Assembly (NCBI GenBank): GCA_964199315.1
Contig: OZ116705.1
Coordinates: forward strand, 6,758,001 to 6,822,000
From: Orbicella franksi
Lineage: Eukaryota
Length of the DNA: 64,000 bases
Direction: 5' to 3'
The notes under the pieces are model-generated. The model had not been told where the DNA came from and did not search any database. It saw only the letters and a program-made list of their open reading frames with translations. The position numbers and the translations under genes are program-made. Below, piece by piece: positions 1 through 11,200 of the stretch; within the stretch, counting starts at the first letter, position 1, and each line of letters begins with the position of its first letter.

Positions 1-52
1 AGCACGCTCGTAAGGCATCAGTTAAAAAAATAGGAACACGTCGATCTCACCA

Positions 53-259
53 GAACACCAACTGTTTTGTCGTCATAGCGACAGGACCAGCAGGAACATG
101 TGCACGTGCATGAGAACTCGCGTGACCCCTGATTTGACCTGCCTTGAGCATTTTTCTGTTGCCAAAACACTGCGGAATTAGACACGTTGGTGAAATACCG
201 TAAGCAGAAAAAATAGAACTGTAATCAGACGAAATAATTGACTGGATGATTGTTTGCAT
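53..259 (-). CDS. Possible coding exon of a gene continuing beyond the left edge; C2H2-like motif
   Basis: ORF 47-259 contains C-x4-C-x14-H-x3-H (CLIPQC...GHASSH). Near its end is a plausible donor (TTCTG|GTGAGA on the minus strand). No family recognised. Confidence 0.3.
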
Positions 260-1289
260 TTGTAGGCTTTCTTATTTTCTTGTAATTGATAGCGTCATTT
301 CATGTGATGGAAATGAAGCACGAATTTTGAAATAGCCTTGGCAAATAGCTTTGGGGTCGAGAATGCTTATTCCTGGACCAGCCTCTATCGATCTGTTTGT
401 GTTTCTTTACGGTTAATTAATGAATTACGTATGAAAACTGCTTTCTTGCTTAATAACAGAAAACAACGGTTTTGTCAAGGTCAAATAGATGTTCGGGAAT
501 AGGAAAGATTACTCTGTAAGGGGGGGGGGGACTTTTGTTATTCAGCACTAATCTGATTGGACATGGTGTATTGAAGAAAATTCAAGAACGTCTCAAGATC
601 AGGCTCAAATGGCAAAAGAAAACTAAGAACATTTAGCAAATTCATCACGACCCTTTTTTATTCCCTTGTAATCATGCATAGCTATTTTGCAACTATTCCC
701 TTTTGCGCATGACTGATGGCGCGAATAGCTGTGGGGAACTCGGTAGAATAGTCTGTCCGGATTAGCTTCCTTTGAGAAGCACTGAATTGCTCCAAAAATG
801 GACTGGACTTAAGACAAACTCATCTGTTTACTCCACATGATCATGGCGATGTCAAAATTGTAGAATTTCGTGTCAAAATACGGAGGCTCGAGAAAATGTT
901 CACGAATTTAAAACATTTTTGATAGTTAATTAAATTTGTGAACATCAAATCATAATGCAGACAAAAGTGGTTGAACAATACACGTCAATCCTAAGGGGAG
1001 TCTGTTGCAAATCCAGCAGCACTTAGTTTGTTTTGGACAAAGCATGCGCTGTGTGACTAACGTATCCAGAATTTGGCAACGGTCGCTCAGAATTCACCAG
1101 AGCTTCACGTCTTGTATAGATTAACCTTTTCATGCATTAGATTTTTTTTTTTCTCGGGATGTGATGTGATTTTTTTTTTTCTCCGTATAATATGCCTTTT
1201 TCGGCTCACTGAGCTTGGATGAATTTTTTTCGACAGTGGTCGTGTGCATGTTTTTTTTTTTTTTGAGGGAGTACCTCATATCATCATTT

Positions 1290-1715
1290 ATCTGCCACGT
1301 AAATAATAACAAAAGATATTGACAATGCTCAAAAAGCGGCGAGGAGACCTCCAAAAGAAATCACCAGGCTTATAACAGAGGCCACCTCAGAAGTTAATAT
1401 ATTGAAAATTGTGAGTTCTGCGGCCGCGGCATGACTAATTCACTATTTAGTAATTAAAAATGTGATCAACTTTTCCATAAAGCTGGAAACACTTGTTAAA
1501 CAAGTTATAGATACTGGTAGAGAATTCCAAATTTTAGGGCCTTGGTCGAGTATGGTAAGTTGGCTAAGGTTTACGCGACAATGGTGTGATCGATTACTAC
1601 TGGCTGTTCTCGTGCCATAACTGTATACTTGACTATTTGTTAGAAAAAAATTGAGAAACATCGGGAGCAACAAGTATGCTTGCAGAACATGTTTTAAAAT
1701 CACCCATCCCCCGTC
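1290..1715 (-). mobile_element. 3' fragment of a non-LTR retrotransposon (CR1/L2-like LINE)
   Basis: ORF 1443-1703 encodes ...TILDQGPKIWNSLPVSITCLTSVSSF..., resembling the G(P/A)xxWNxLP motif at the C-terminus of CR1/L2-clade ORF2. Boundaries approximate. Confidence 0.6.
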
Positions 1716-4046
1716 AAAAAGTCAAATGGTTTACCCTTAAGGTAGTTTCCTTTTTAAGAACATTTTCCTTACAAAAGGTGCTGATTATCAACATCTTACT
1801 GGTCTGCATATGTTGCTTGTGTAATACTGTATCCTACGGTTGGTTTAAAAAGCTAGTGTTATCTCAACCATTTAGATGTAAAATCAAAAAGCAATCGCGA
1901 CCTAATCAGCCGTCAGTTACCCTCGTCCCCAGAACCCGCACGTTTTGGGTCGGCGGTGGCCGGATGCGCTCTGGACGAAATCAAAAATCGGAACCAGAAA
2001 ATCCTGGTTTCGGTTTGATACGGCGTATGCCTTCAAGTTCAACAGCGGTTTCTGAACATGCAAAGAGAGAGTAACCGCTTGAAATAATGCTGGCTCATTT
2101 TCCCATTTCTCCCCGAGGTTTTGATTTCTTGATGCTTATCAAAAGGATCGCGGACACTGGTAACGAGATTGGCGGTGCGTACGCGCCCACGAGCATAACC
2201 GCCAGCCATGATAACCATGAAACATGAAAAAATCAACTCATGGGTTTCATTTTTTTCCTGTATGATTATGGGGTTCCGCTTGGCGGCCCTTCGGGCCTTC
2301 GGAGCTCCGCTATGAAATACTGACAGAGATGTCTGCTTCCCCTAGAAAGATGATTAAATTCAGCATCGACTGTTCACCATCGTTTAAGCTTGATAGGATA
2401 CGATTTCTACCATTTCTTTAGTTTAAAAGATGTCATTGCGTTTGTGAATAGCTTTTCCGAAGCTCAAGTTATTGACGTCACTGTCGTTTAAGAAAATACT
2501 CATCTGAGGCATTCGGTTTTTGGCGACACGACGGGACCCGCGAAAGTTTCCCGCGTCCTGGTCTTCCCATCCTCGTATCGTAATGTTCCTATACGATTAC
2601 ATGCATGGGTACTTTCCATTCGGTAATTTTAGGGATTTCGAAACCAGAGCGAATGATCCGAAAATTTCGGAAGAAAGTTTTCGGTCAATCCAAAAACGGT
2701 TGCTTTTTTTTCGAAGAGCAAACTATAAATCTGAAAGTTGCAGGAGTACAATCGCATGGAATGAAATTTCCAGGAGGAAAAATTCAAAAATCAGGGGTTT
2801 TTGTTACTATTATTATCATTATTTTTTATCGGATAAGTTAAAGATTACAGGATGGTCAACTCCAGGATTCTTTGATAAAGTAGTCATATCAATAATAATG
2901 ACATAGTTATGCAAATGTGCGCACGTTTCCCTACCGCTCTTACCTCCTCGATGTCTAATTTGACCATATGATTGCCATAAACTTGTCATGTTTATCAGTT
3001 TAGACCAAAACACACGTATATATCGAGTCTTGTTGAAGAAGACAACCACAACCTAAAAGAACGATATTTCTGTAACCGCATTCTAATTATAAGTCAGGAA
3101 ATGACGGGAACGGCAACACAGCATGGCTATTACCTTATTACCTCAGTTTCATAGCGCTATAGCTAATCGCCTTTTTTTTTATCATTGTTATTATTTTCTA
3201 ACGCTCTCATGCTACTTTCAATTTAAACTTTTATCGCTTTTTAAATCGGTGTAAATGGACTTCTTTGCAAAATATATACATGCTAATCTTGAGCTTGTTT
3301 GGGTGCAGCCGAACAAGCTGGGTTTTTTTCCTTGAATATCCAACTGAATCTTAATTGATTCATAACTTAGTGAAACCAAAGGAACTTGTACTTTTAGATA
3401 AAAAAAATTTCCCGGAGTGAATTTAGTGACAGATGGCGTTTAAAGCCGTAATTTATTCCAATTTACGTAATTACTTATAGACGCTTGCATTTAAAACTAA
3501 TACCTTTCTCGTGAAATTAAGTATGGATCTGAGACCAAGCTTTTATCCACAAACAAAGAAACTCCCTAAGTACACGGATTAAATTGGAAAGGAATCTCTG
3601 ATGAAGATGTTGTTTGCTTTTCTAAGTAACACTTTTAAACGGCTCTTTCTATATTTCGACGTTTTAAACAGATGTCAGAATCAAAGACTAAAACATTTTA
3701 TCGTTTAGTTCTTGTGTTATCAGTTCGACGGAAAGCAAAAAATCCCAAAGAAAGATTTCAAATTTTAATTTCTTGTACTGATTAGAAACAAGTTCTTTCA
3801 TTTGATCGATTATGACGGAAAGCAAATCTGTCATTTTCTGAACACCTCCCTCTGAAAACAAGATTAAGTAAACAAAAAAACCAAACTGCCCATAATTATG
3901 ATTTATTCATAACGGGCTTTTAGACCAAGTGTGATAGCATCAAATGCAAACGGATTCAATCTCACACTGATTGACACCAAGATCAACTGCCACATTGAGC
4001 TGTAAGACCAAAATCGACGGTTAATAATTTCGTTGAAGGTTCAAAC

Positions 4047-5123
4047 ATGGCACGCAACTTTTCCCCGGGAAGCGGCGAAGAACACTTCGCCACCTTTGCA
4101 GCGTCACTAGAGACGCGGTCAACTGGAGTAGTTATTGTAGAATCTGCGTTTTTTCTTCTCATCACCTTTGCGAGCTTATTCGGAAATTTTCTCCTGTGTG
4201 TTGTTTTGTTCAAGAATTTCTCTTTTCAGAGCTTAACAAACATTCTCATATTGGCGCTGTCCTTGGCGGATATCTTAATGGGAGCAGTATGTATGCCTCT
4301 TACGTGCGGCACGCTTATTCATGGCAAATGGACTTATGGTGACTTCTCATGTCAGATTCAATGTTTCTTTATCTATTTTTTGGCCTTCGCGTCGCTTCAG
4401 ACCATCGTTGTAACATCGCTTAACCGATTTTATCGGGTCGTGAAACCGACCAAGTACAGGCGCATTTTCACAGTGAAAAAGACCATTGGTACATTGATAG
4501 CTCTGTGGTTGTCAAGTGCGCTGATTTTAACTGTTCCTTTGGCGACCGGAGCCTTAGGCGCAACTTTCAATCCAGCAAAAGCCGCCTGCGTCATTTTTAA
4601 GAAAGACGCCGCCATGGAACACAAGAGCTATCCAGCTATTTTGAGAGGGTTGCTGTTGCTTCTTTTCGCCGTAATTCCCTCGGTTGTTATTTTTACTTGT
4701 TATTTCAAAATATTCCGGGCAGTTGGGGAACATTTTACTCGCGTCGCGCCCATATTAAATTCACGAAACAGAAGGCTTAAAGCTCGAGTAAATTTACGGG
4801 AAATGCGAACGACGCTTACTCTCTTTGCAGTGGTTGTCATGTTCGTCTTAAGCTGGCTTCCTGTGTTTGTCATCGAGATCATTCAAGCATTCGCAATCGA
4901 TTGGTGGGAAATTCCCCGTGAGGTTCAACTCTTATGGACGTTTTTTGGCAGTTTCAGTAGTGCGGCAAACCCCCTGGTGTACGGCTTAGCGAATTCTTCC
5001 TATCGCAGGGAATATAAAAGGCTATTAACATTTAAATGGAAAAGAAGGAGCGACGATAAAAGGGACATTGACGGCAGCAGAACACCTTCGGTTGTGATGG
5101 CAACTGTAAATATCCCGTCCTGA
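4047..5123 (+). CDS. Class A (rhodopsin-like) GPCR, single exon, 358 aa
   Basis: Seven hydrophobic segments: GN in TM1, LALSLADIL in TM2, Cys at top of TM3, NRF in place of DRY, FVLSWLP in TM6, NPLVY in TM7. Confidence 0.93.
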   Translation: MARNFSPGSGEEHFATFAASLETRSTGVVIVESAFFLLITFASLFGNFLLCVVLFKNFSFQSLTNILILALSLADILMGAVCMPLTCGTLIHGKWTYGDFSCQIQCFFIYFLAFASLQTIVVTSLNRFYRVVKPTKYRRIFTVKKTIGTLIALWLSSALILTVPLATGALGATFNPAKAACVIFKKDAAMEHKSYPAILRGLLLLLFAVIPSVVIFTCYFKIFRAVGEHFTRVAPILNSRNRRLKARVNLREMRTTLTLFAVVVMFVLSWLPVFVIEIIQAFAIDWWEIPREVQLLWTFFGSFSSAANPLVYGLANSSYRREYKRLLTFKWKRRSDDKRDIDGSRTPSVVMATVNIPS

Positions 5124-5776
5124 ATTTGCATTTTTTTTTTTCTCAGTGAAAAAACATCTGGACGAACGTGACAAATTTGTAAGTGCTAATTTCCCCTTCG
5201 TATGAAGAGACTTCAGAAAAATACATTTTAAACAGGCCTTCAGTGTAAACATTGAAAGTAACCTTAAGAATCATGAATGTTCGCATTCTTTTATTTACAC
5301 TACACTCTTCTAAGAACGCTCGTTAGTTGGGGAACAAAGATGATTATATCACTTTGTTCATTTTCAGACGAATTTCAATGCTGAACCTGAAACGTACTTA
5401 AAACGATGTAATTTTCACCTATTTCGTAACCAAGGTTGTATTGTGCTAAATCACTCTGAGATCTGTTCTCACTGTTCGCGAACACGACAATGTCAGGCGA
5501 CATGTTCTGTGTTTGACGAACAAAAAGTTAATTACCTTCTCACACTGTATTTGCATTTTTAGTTTTATGATTAACAAGAGGATAATTAAAAATCCTTGCC
5601 TAAATTTCAGCCTTGTGAACGTTCTCAGCATGTAGCGAAACAAATTTGTCTTTCTTAGGCTAAATTTCTCTTGAAAAACGGTTCTTATTTAAAAATAAAG
5701 GTTGGTTTACATAACAGCAATTGGGAGCATTTCACCTTTCGGTTGCTAGGAAAACCGACTTACATTTGTCGAAAGC

Positions 5777-6030
5777 CAGGGCGGGTTGTTCAAAGTCCGA
5801 TTAAGCTAACCCAGGATTTTAGCGAGTATTTTGATTTCATTTTTGTGCATTTTCGGTGAGGTTTTCTGTTTATGTTGTTTAATTGTCCTTCAGTTTTGAG
5901 CTTGAATGATCTCACAAAAATTACACAAAACATAAGCAGTGAAAAACATTTCTGTAGAGGAAAAATTGTTACTTCAGTTAACTTTTAATCCTGGATTAGC
6001 GTTAAGCGGCTTTCGAACAACCCGGCCCAG
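5777..6030. mobile_element. MITE with terminal inverted repeats (PIF/Harbinger-like termini)
   Basis: Left end cagggcgggttgttcaaag versus reverse complement of right end ctgggccgggttgttcgaaag. A related fragment lies near 48627-48725. Confidence 0.6.
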
Positions 6031-6298
6031 ATTTAGTACGTTAATTGGACTGAGTATCATTTTGAATGTAAGGTACACTATAAGATCAGATTCAGGTTAC
6101 ACATTGTAACTAGGACATCGTTGTTGTCGTCGCGTCGTGGACTGGAATCTAATGTAGCCTTCAAGGGCTCGAACTCCCCACTTCTCAACCGAAGCTTTGA
6201 GGCAAAAAATTTAAGGAAAATCGTAAAAATCGATGCTAATTCAGATCGGATATGGAAAAACCGTCTCGGTTATTCTTTCCTTTGGTTAAACTTATGAA

Positions 6299-6738
6299 TT
6301 AAACCTGGTTCTCATATGCCGCCGACATACCTGGCACATAGCCGCCGGCACGGCCTGGGACACCGTTACGGCATATGTGAACATTTATCGCCGAATCATA
6401 ATCTATCCCAGGCATTGACCGCCGGCTTGCCTGCGAAGTTGAGCTGAGTTCAACTTCGCAGGCAAGTCGGCGGTTGTCGGCGGTTGTCGGCGATGAAAAT
6501 ATTTTATGTGAACATCATCTGCGGACGCAACGTACTCCACTAAGACGATTCGATTCATATTTAGGGATAAAATGGTTGAAACTTGCGCAATTCGATTTGC
6601 ATTTCGTGCAAATTTGAGTACGTCGGCAATCCATCGCAGATGCGCCGGGGACCCACTGGGACAGATCGCCGAACGGTGTCAGTTGCAACCGGCGACTACG
6701 TCGCAGATAGGCCGGCGGGATATGAGAGCCAGGCTTTA
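6299..6738. mobile_element. MITE with TIRs and an internal palindrome
   Basis: taaacctggttctcatatgccgcc versus reverse complement of the right end, taaagcctggctctcatatcccgcc. Internal hairpin cttgcctgcgaagttga...tcaacttcgcaggcaag. Confidence 0.6.
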
Positions 6739-6971
6739 CTGATTCATTTTTGTCCGCGGTTTTTCCGTAGGTGTCTCTTGAACATGTATGTTGAGTAGCA
6801 GCATAGGTGGAGGCGTTGGACCTGAGACTAGTCAGGCTGTAACATCAAAACAAGAACGTAGGTCTACTTATCTTTCGTAAATGTTTACAATTTTGAAGCA
6901 AAATTGGAATTACGCTTGATTGCCTGATTCAGAGTATATGTCACTTATTTTTTGTTTTCGTTTCTATTTGT

Positions 6972-7038
6972 CAACCTCGTTCCCAGGGTCTCGCTTCCTC
7001 CAGGGGCGGGAAGATGAGAGACCCTGGAAACGAGGTAG
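6972..7038. repeat. Short hairpin element (caacctcgttcccagggtctc...gagaccctggaaacgaggt)
   Basis: About 20-bp inverted arms are directly visible. Confidence 0.65.
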
Positions 7039-7869
7039 TCTATTTGTTTGGCCCCTTCCCTATAAATTAAACACCTAATAATGACAAATCCTGAAAAGTT
7101 AAGAAAATAAATCTTCGCATTTATTTACATTAACAAAATCAATGTTTTTTTTCCAAACATTGTACTGTATACATCATAACGGCGGCGTTTTCGAAAGATT
7201 TTCGTTAAGCAAAGTAATCAACTAGTAGAGTAAAATAACGTGAAATTACGGTGGCTGTCAGCAATGCGAATAAACATAGTTTTCGTAAGCTCACTCACTC
7301 ATCCTCATCGGGCCCAGGAGGACTCTTGAGGCCAGTTTCGTAAGCTAAGACTATCAGCAAATGTGTTATAAAATATGTTAAAAGCGTTTCCCATCAAGAG
7401 AACAATTCCATTATAAAATAGTTGCAAAGCAAATAAGAATTCGGTTAAAGAATTTTAAAAAAAACAACATATCAACAATAAAAATATCCTACTAATTATT
7501 TCAAATTTAGTTTTTTTGCTCTTTTGTTATACGATCTTGGAAGCCGGAAAAAGAAAGCTAAGTATGTCAAGCGCAGCTTTTTAAAATCATAAATAGAGTT
7601 TAGAGTGTGTACGTAGAGAACGTTTATGGTTTGATTCCTGTTAATATTTAGGAACGCATCTCAACTGATAAGTAAGTAATAAAATCGTCAATTTTTTCAG
7701 TTTGAATTCTGAAAAACTAGAGATTCTATTCCTTTTCAAAAATTGTACTGGGCTACCACCTTAGAAATAAAAAAGTATTTCAAAATTGAAGGGCATGAAA
7801 GATAAAAGCCTTAAGAGAGCTTTTATGGTTCTAGTTGAAGGCAACACATTTTCAACATTTGACTTGCCT

Positions 7870-8003
7870 AATAAGCATTTAATGACTGGCCCCAAGAGAA
7901 ACAGTGAGGTTTGTGTTTCCCCGCATCGAGACCCTAATTGTTCCCGTCGTGGGAAACAAAACACGCTGTTTCCCTTGGGGCCAGTCTTTAAGTGTTTTGT
8001 TAT
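7870..8003. repeat. Palindromic MITE-like repeat
   Basis: aagcatttaatgactggccccaagagaaacag versus ctgtttcccttggggccagtctttaagtgttt (inverted arms). Confidence 0.6.
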
Positions 8004-8283
8004 ACCTCCCAACTCAAATAAAGAAAAACTGCGAAAAATTTCTTTCCTTCACGCCGACTAGCACACAAATTTGCCGCGGTCTCAAGGTGCAAGACCTGAT
8101 CACGTGCGAGTCGAAAGTTCAAGTTGTTTTCCTAGGGAGTTACTGAGTTTTGACCCACGACACGTGACATGTATTTAAGTTTGGAGGTATGACAATTTGA
8201 GTTATTTACCATAAAAGATACTTTCCATGAAAGAGTGCTGCGGTTCGTGGTCATTCGAGATCGACATTCGATCCCTCTTTGTA

Positions 8284-11200
8284 TTAAGGTTCGTTTTCAG
8301 TGTCACCGGTAAATTCTGGCTCCATATAGTTTAACATATTACTCGATTCAGTTCCACTACCACTTGCACTTGAGACTAGTGATGGGCGAAGAGTCTGTTT
8401 TTCTTTTTCATTTCTTCTTTTGACGTCATCGCGCTCACTTTTAGAGAAACGAGGTGATATCTTTTGCAGTATCATGCTATGAAATCTTGAATACGCCGAT
8501 GCTATATCTTTGTATGCCATTATTTGGTTAAAATGTTTATTGTCATCATCGTTAGCCGTTGACAACCAGGACAACAACTGCTTGAGTTCCCTGTCTTCCC
8601 AGTTCTCAATATCCTTCGTTTTTTCAGTGTGTTGTTGATGCAATGATTTGCCCCTGCGTCTCTTTTCTTCACTGAGTTGCATTTGACTGCCTGAATTCGA
8701 AGTAAAAACATGGTTTCTTTTTTCCAAGTTCATACCCTCCCTACTGACAATCTCATTTTTGTTGCGTTCTTCATCTGAATCGCCACTGCTTTGATGGATG
8801 GCGTTAGCGATATTTAAGGTCTTTGCAGCTATATAGTTCCTCGAAGAAATTGGTTTGGCCTCAGTGGAAAGACTCTCTGAGGAAAATCCGTCCACTCCAC
8901 TACCGGTACCCCATTGGTCTGTGCTTGATTCATAATGACCACTTCCAAGCCCACTATATGTTTCCCTGGCATCATCCCAGTCACTGTATGACATCTGAGA
9001 AAGATCGGTCAATAAGCTATTGTCACTAGGATAATGTTCATTTTGCTGTTTAATGCTTTGTTCGTCCTCCTTTGCTTTAATTTGAGGCCTTTGCCACTGG
9101 TTCAAACTAGTCGTTCCGCTCGAAAGTAACAATCCAGATTGATAACTGTCATCTCTGCCACTGGAATAAAAATATTTCTGGTCACCATACTCCGGCTTTT
9201 CTTCATAACCGTTATCACCCTCGCCTCCAAAGTGAAGATCACTACCAGATGCGGAAGAAAACGTCTCAAAACTAGAACCACTGAAACTCTCCACATCATC
9301 GGATTCCGCATTCAGCTTTATCCACGGAGATGTTTTGGATGATCCTTCACCTTCATTTGTTGAGCTTTCTGATGACGAATAAACTAAAGGCAATGCCTTT
9401 GTAGTCTCATTCTTCTCTAGATCAGTTGTCGAGCTTTCAGTGTCGTCTTCACCGAGGATCACCTTTATGTGCCGAATGTTTGACTCATCATATTCACCGC
9501 TAAATGTAGTTTTGATATCTAAGTCACTTGCAGATCCGATGGAGAATTCGTCGGCTTCCAATCCATTTCCACTGGCAACCCAACCCGCCTTAGGTTGATG
9601 GTGCACACCTGTCAGTAAACGTACACTTTTAGTGTCTGCATTGGAGACATTCTTTGCACTAGCCGCAGCCATTTCTAGGCCACTTGCTGATCCGACGGAG
9701 ATTTTTTCGGAGACATTCTTTGTACTAGCCACAGCCGTCTCTAGGCCACTTGCAGATCCGATAGAGATTTTGTCGGCTTGCAATCCACTTCCACTGCCAA
9801 CCCAATCAGCCTTAGCTTGATTGCCCATTCCTATCACTAAAGGTACACTGTCTGTGTCTGCACTGGAGACATTCTTTGCACTAGCCGCAGACATCTCTAG
9901 GCCACTTGCAGATCCGATGGAGATGTTTTCGGCTTCCAATCCACTTGCACTGCCAACCCAATCCGCCTTGGCTTGATATTGCATACCTGTCACTAAACGT
10001 ACACTGTCTATGTCTGCACTGTAGGCATTCTTTGCATCATTCGTAGCCAATGTTTTATTTTGTTGCCTTGTACCATGTTTAACCTTTCCATTAACTTTCA
10101 CCAGTCTGTCTTGATTTTCCCCTGCAGTTCTCTGGTCTTTTCCACTTTTAGTGGAGTTTGATTTGGTGATAATTGATGAGTTTTTTCTCGATTCTTTTTC
10201 ATCGACTTGGGGCTGAATTGGACCCTCTCTGGTAAGGACATTTGAAACGCTAACTATTATAGAATTACTAGACTCGCCTTCGTTTTTAGCAGATGAAGAG
10301 TTAGAGGTAGAATTGTGCGAATGTTCAACCAAGCTAGTAGAAGCATTTCTTGAGGCGTCTGATATCTCCTTCAATTTCACCGTATTCATATGTTGAGGTT
10401 CACTTTTATTGCTACTTGAAGAAGTCCTTTGAAGGTCTTTCGAAGAATCCTTGGCTGTTTCACTCTCCAAGATGTTGTCAAATCTGGTCTTCCCTAATTC
10501 ATCCGTTTTGTTGTCAGAAATTTTGGTCGCGAAATGCTCAGCAATTTTCCCATTATGCTTAAAAGGATTTAATCCAAGGGAAATGTTTTCTTTGGCTATC
10601 ACTTTTTCGTGTAATGTCTGCCTCAAATTATTAAAAATATTCACAGAAACATGATTTTGATGCCCTAACATTTGTTCTTCATGTCTGCTTTTATTCGTTT
10701 CCACTTTATTTGCCGCTTTCACTTCATGAAGCGTCTTTCCGGCCTTAACGTTCTTGTGTCTTGCACTGGAATTAGAATCACGATGCTTAAAAGTATTTCT
10801 TGTGTGAGTCGGGTGAATCGATCTTCCTTTCCCCTTCTTTCTTGTAGTTGTTTTTCTCCGATCAATAAACCTATTTCTATGACTTCCATGTTTATGCTTA
10901 GTATGGTCATTTACGTGAAGCTTCAACCTTCTTCGTAGCTTTTCTTTTCGATGTTTAACAATAAGGTGTTTTAATTCGTCCGCCATGGAAGCATCCGTTT
11001 TGAGTCCTTTTTTCTTGTTTCCGTTCGATTTAAAAGACAGTTTCTGGTGCTTCCTTCTCCCCCAGGTGTGTGAGAATTTGATGTTTGGTTTATGCTTCGT
11101 AACTGCACTGAGTCTATCATCCAAAAGTGTTACCCAGTGTTGCTTTGTGGTAGGATGGAAATTATTTTGTTGATACGTTCTGTGCGCTTTAACGACGTGC

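Noticed and set aside
4047-5123. GPCR as an opsin
   Set aside because: The position six residues before the TM7 NP motif (Lys296 equivalent) is Ser, so there is no retinal-binding lysine.
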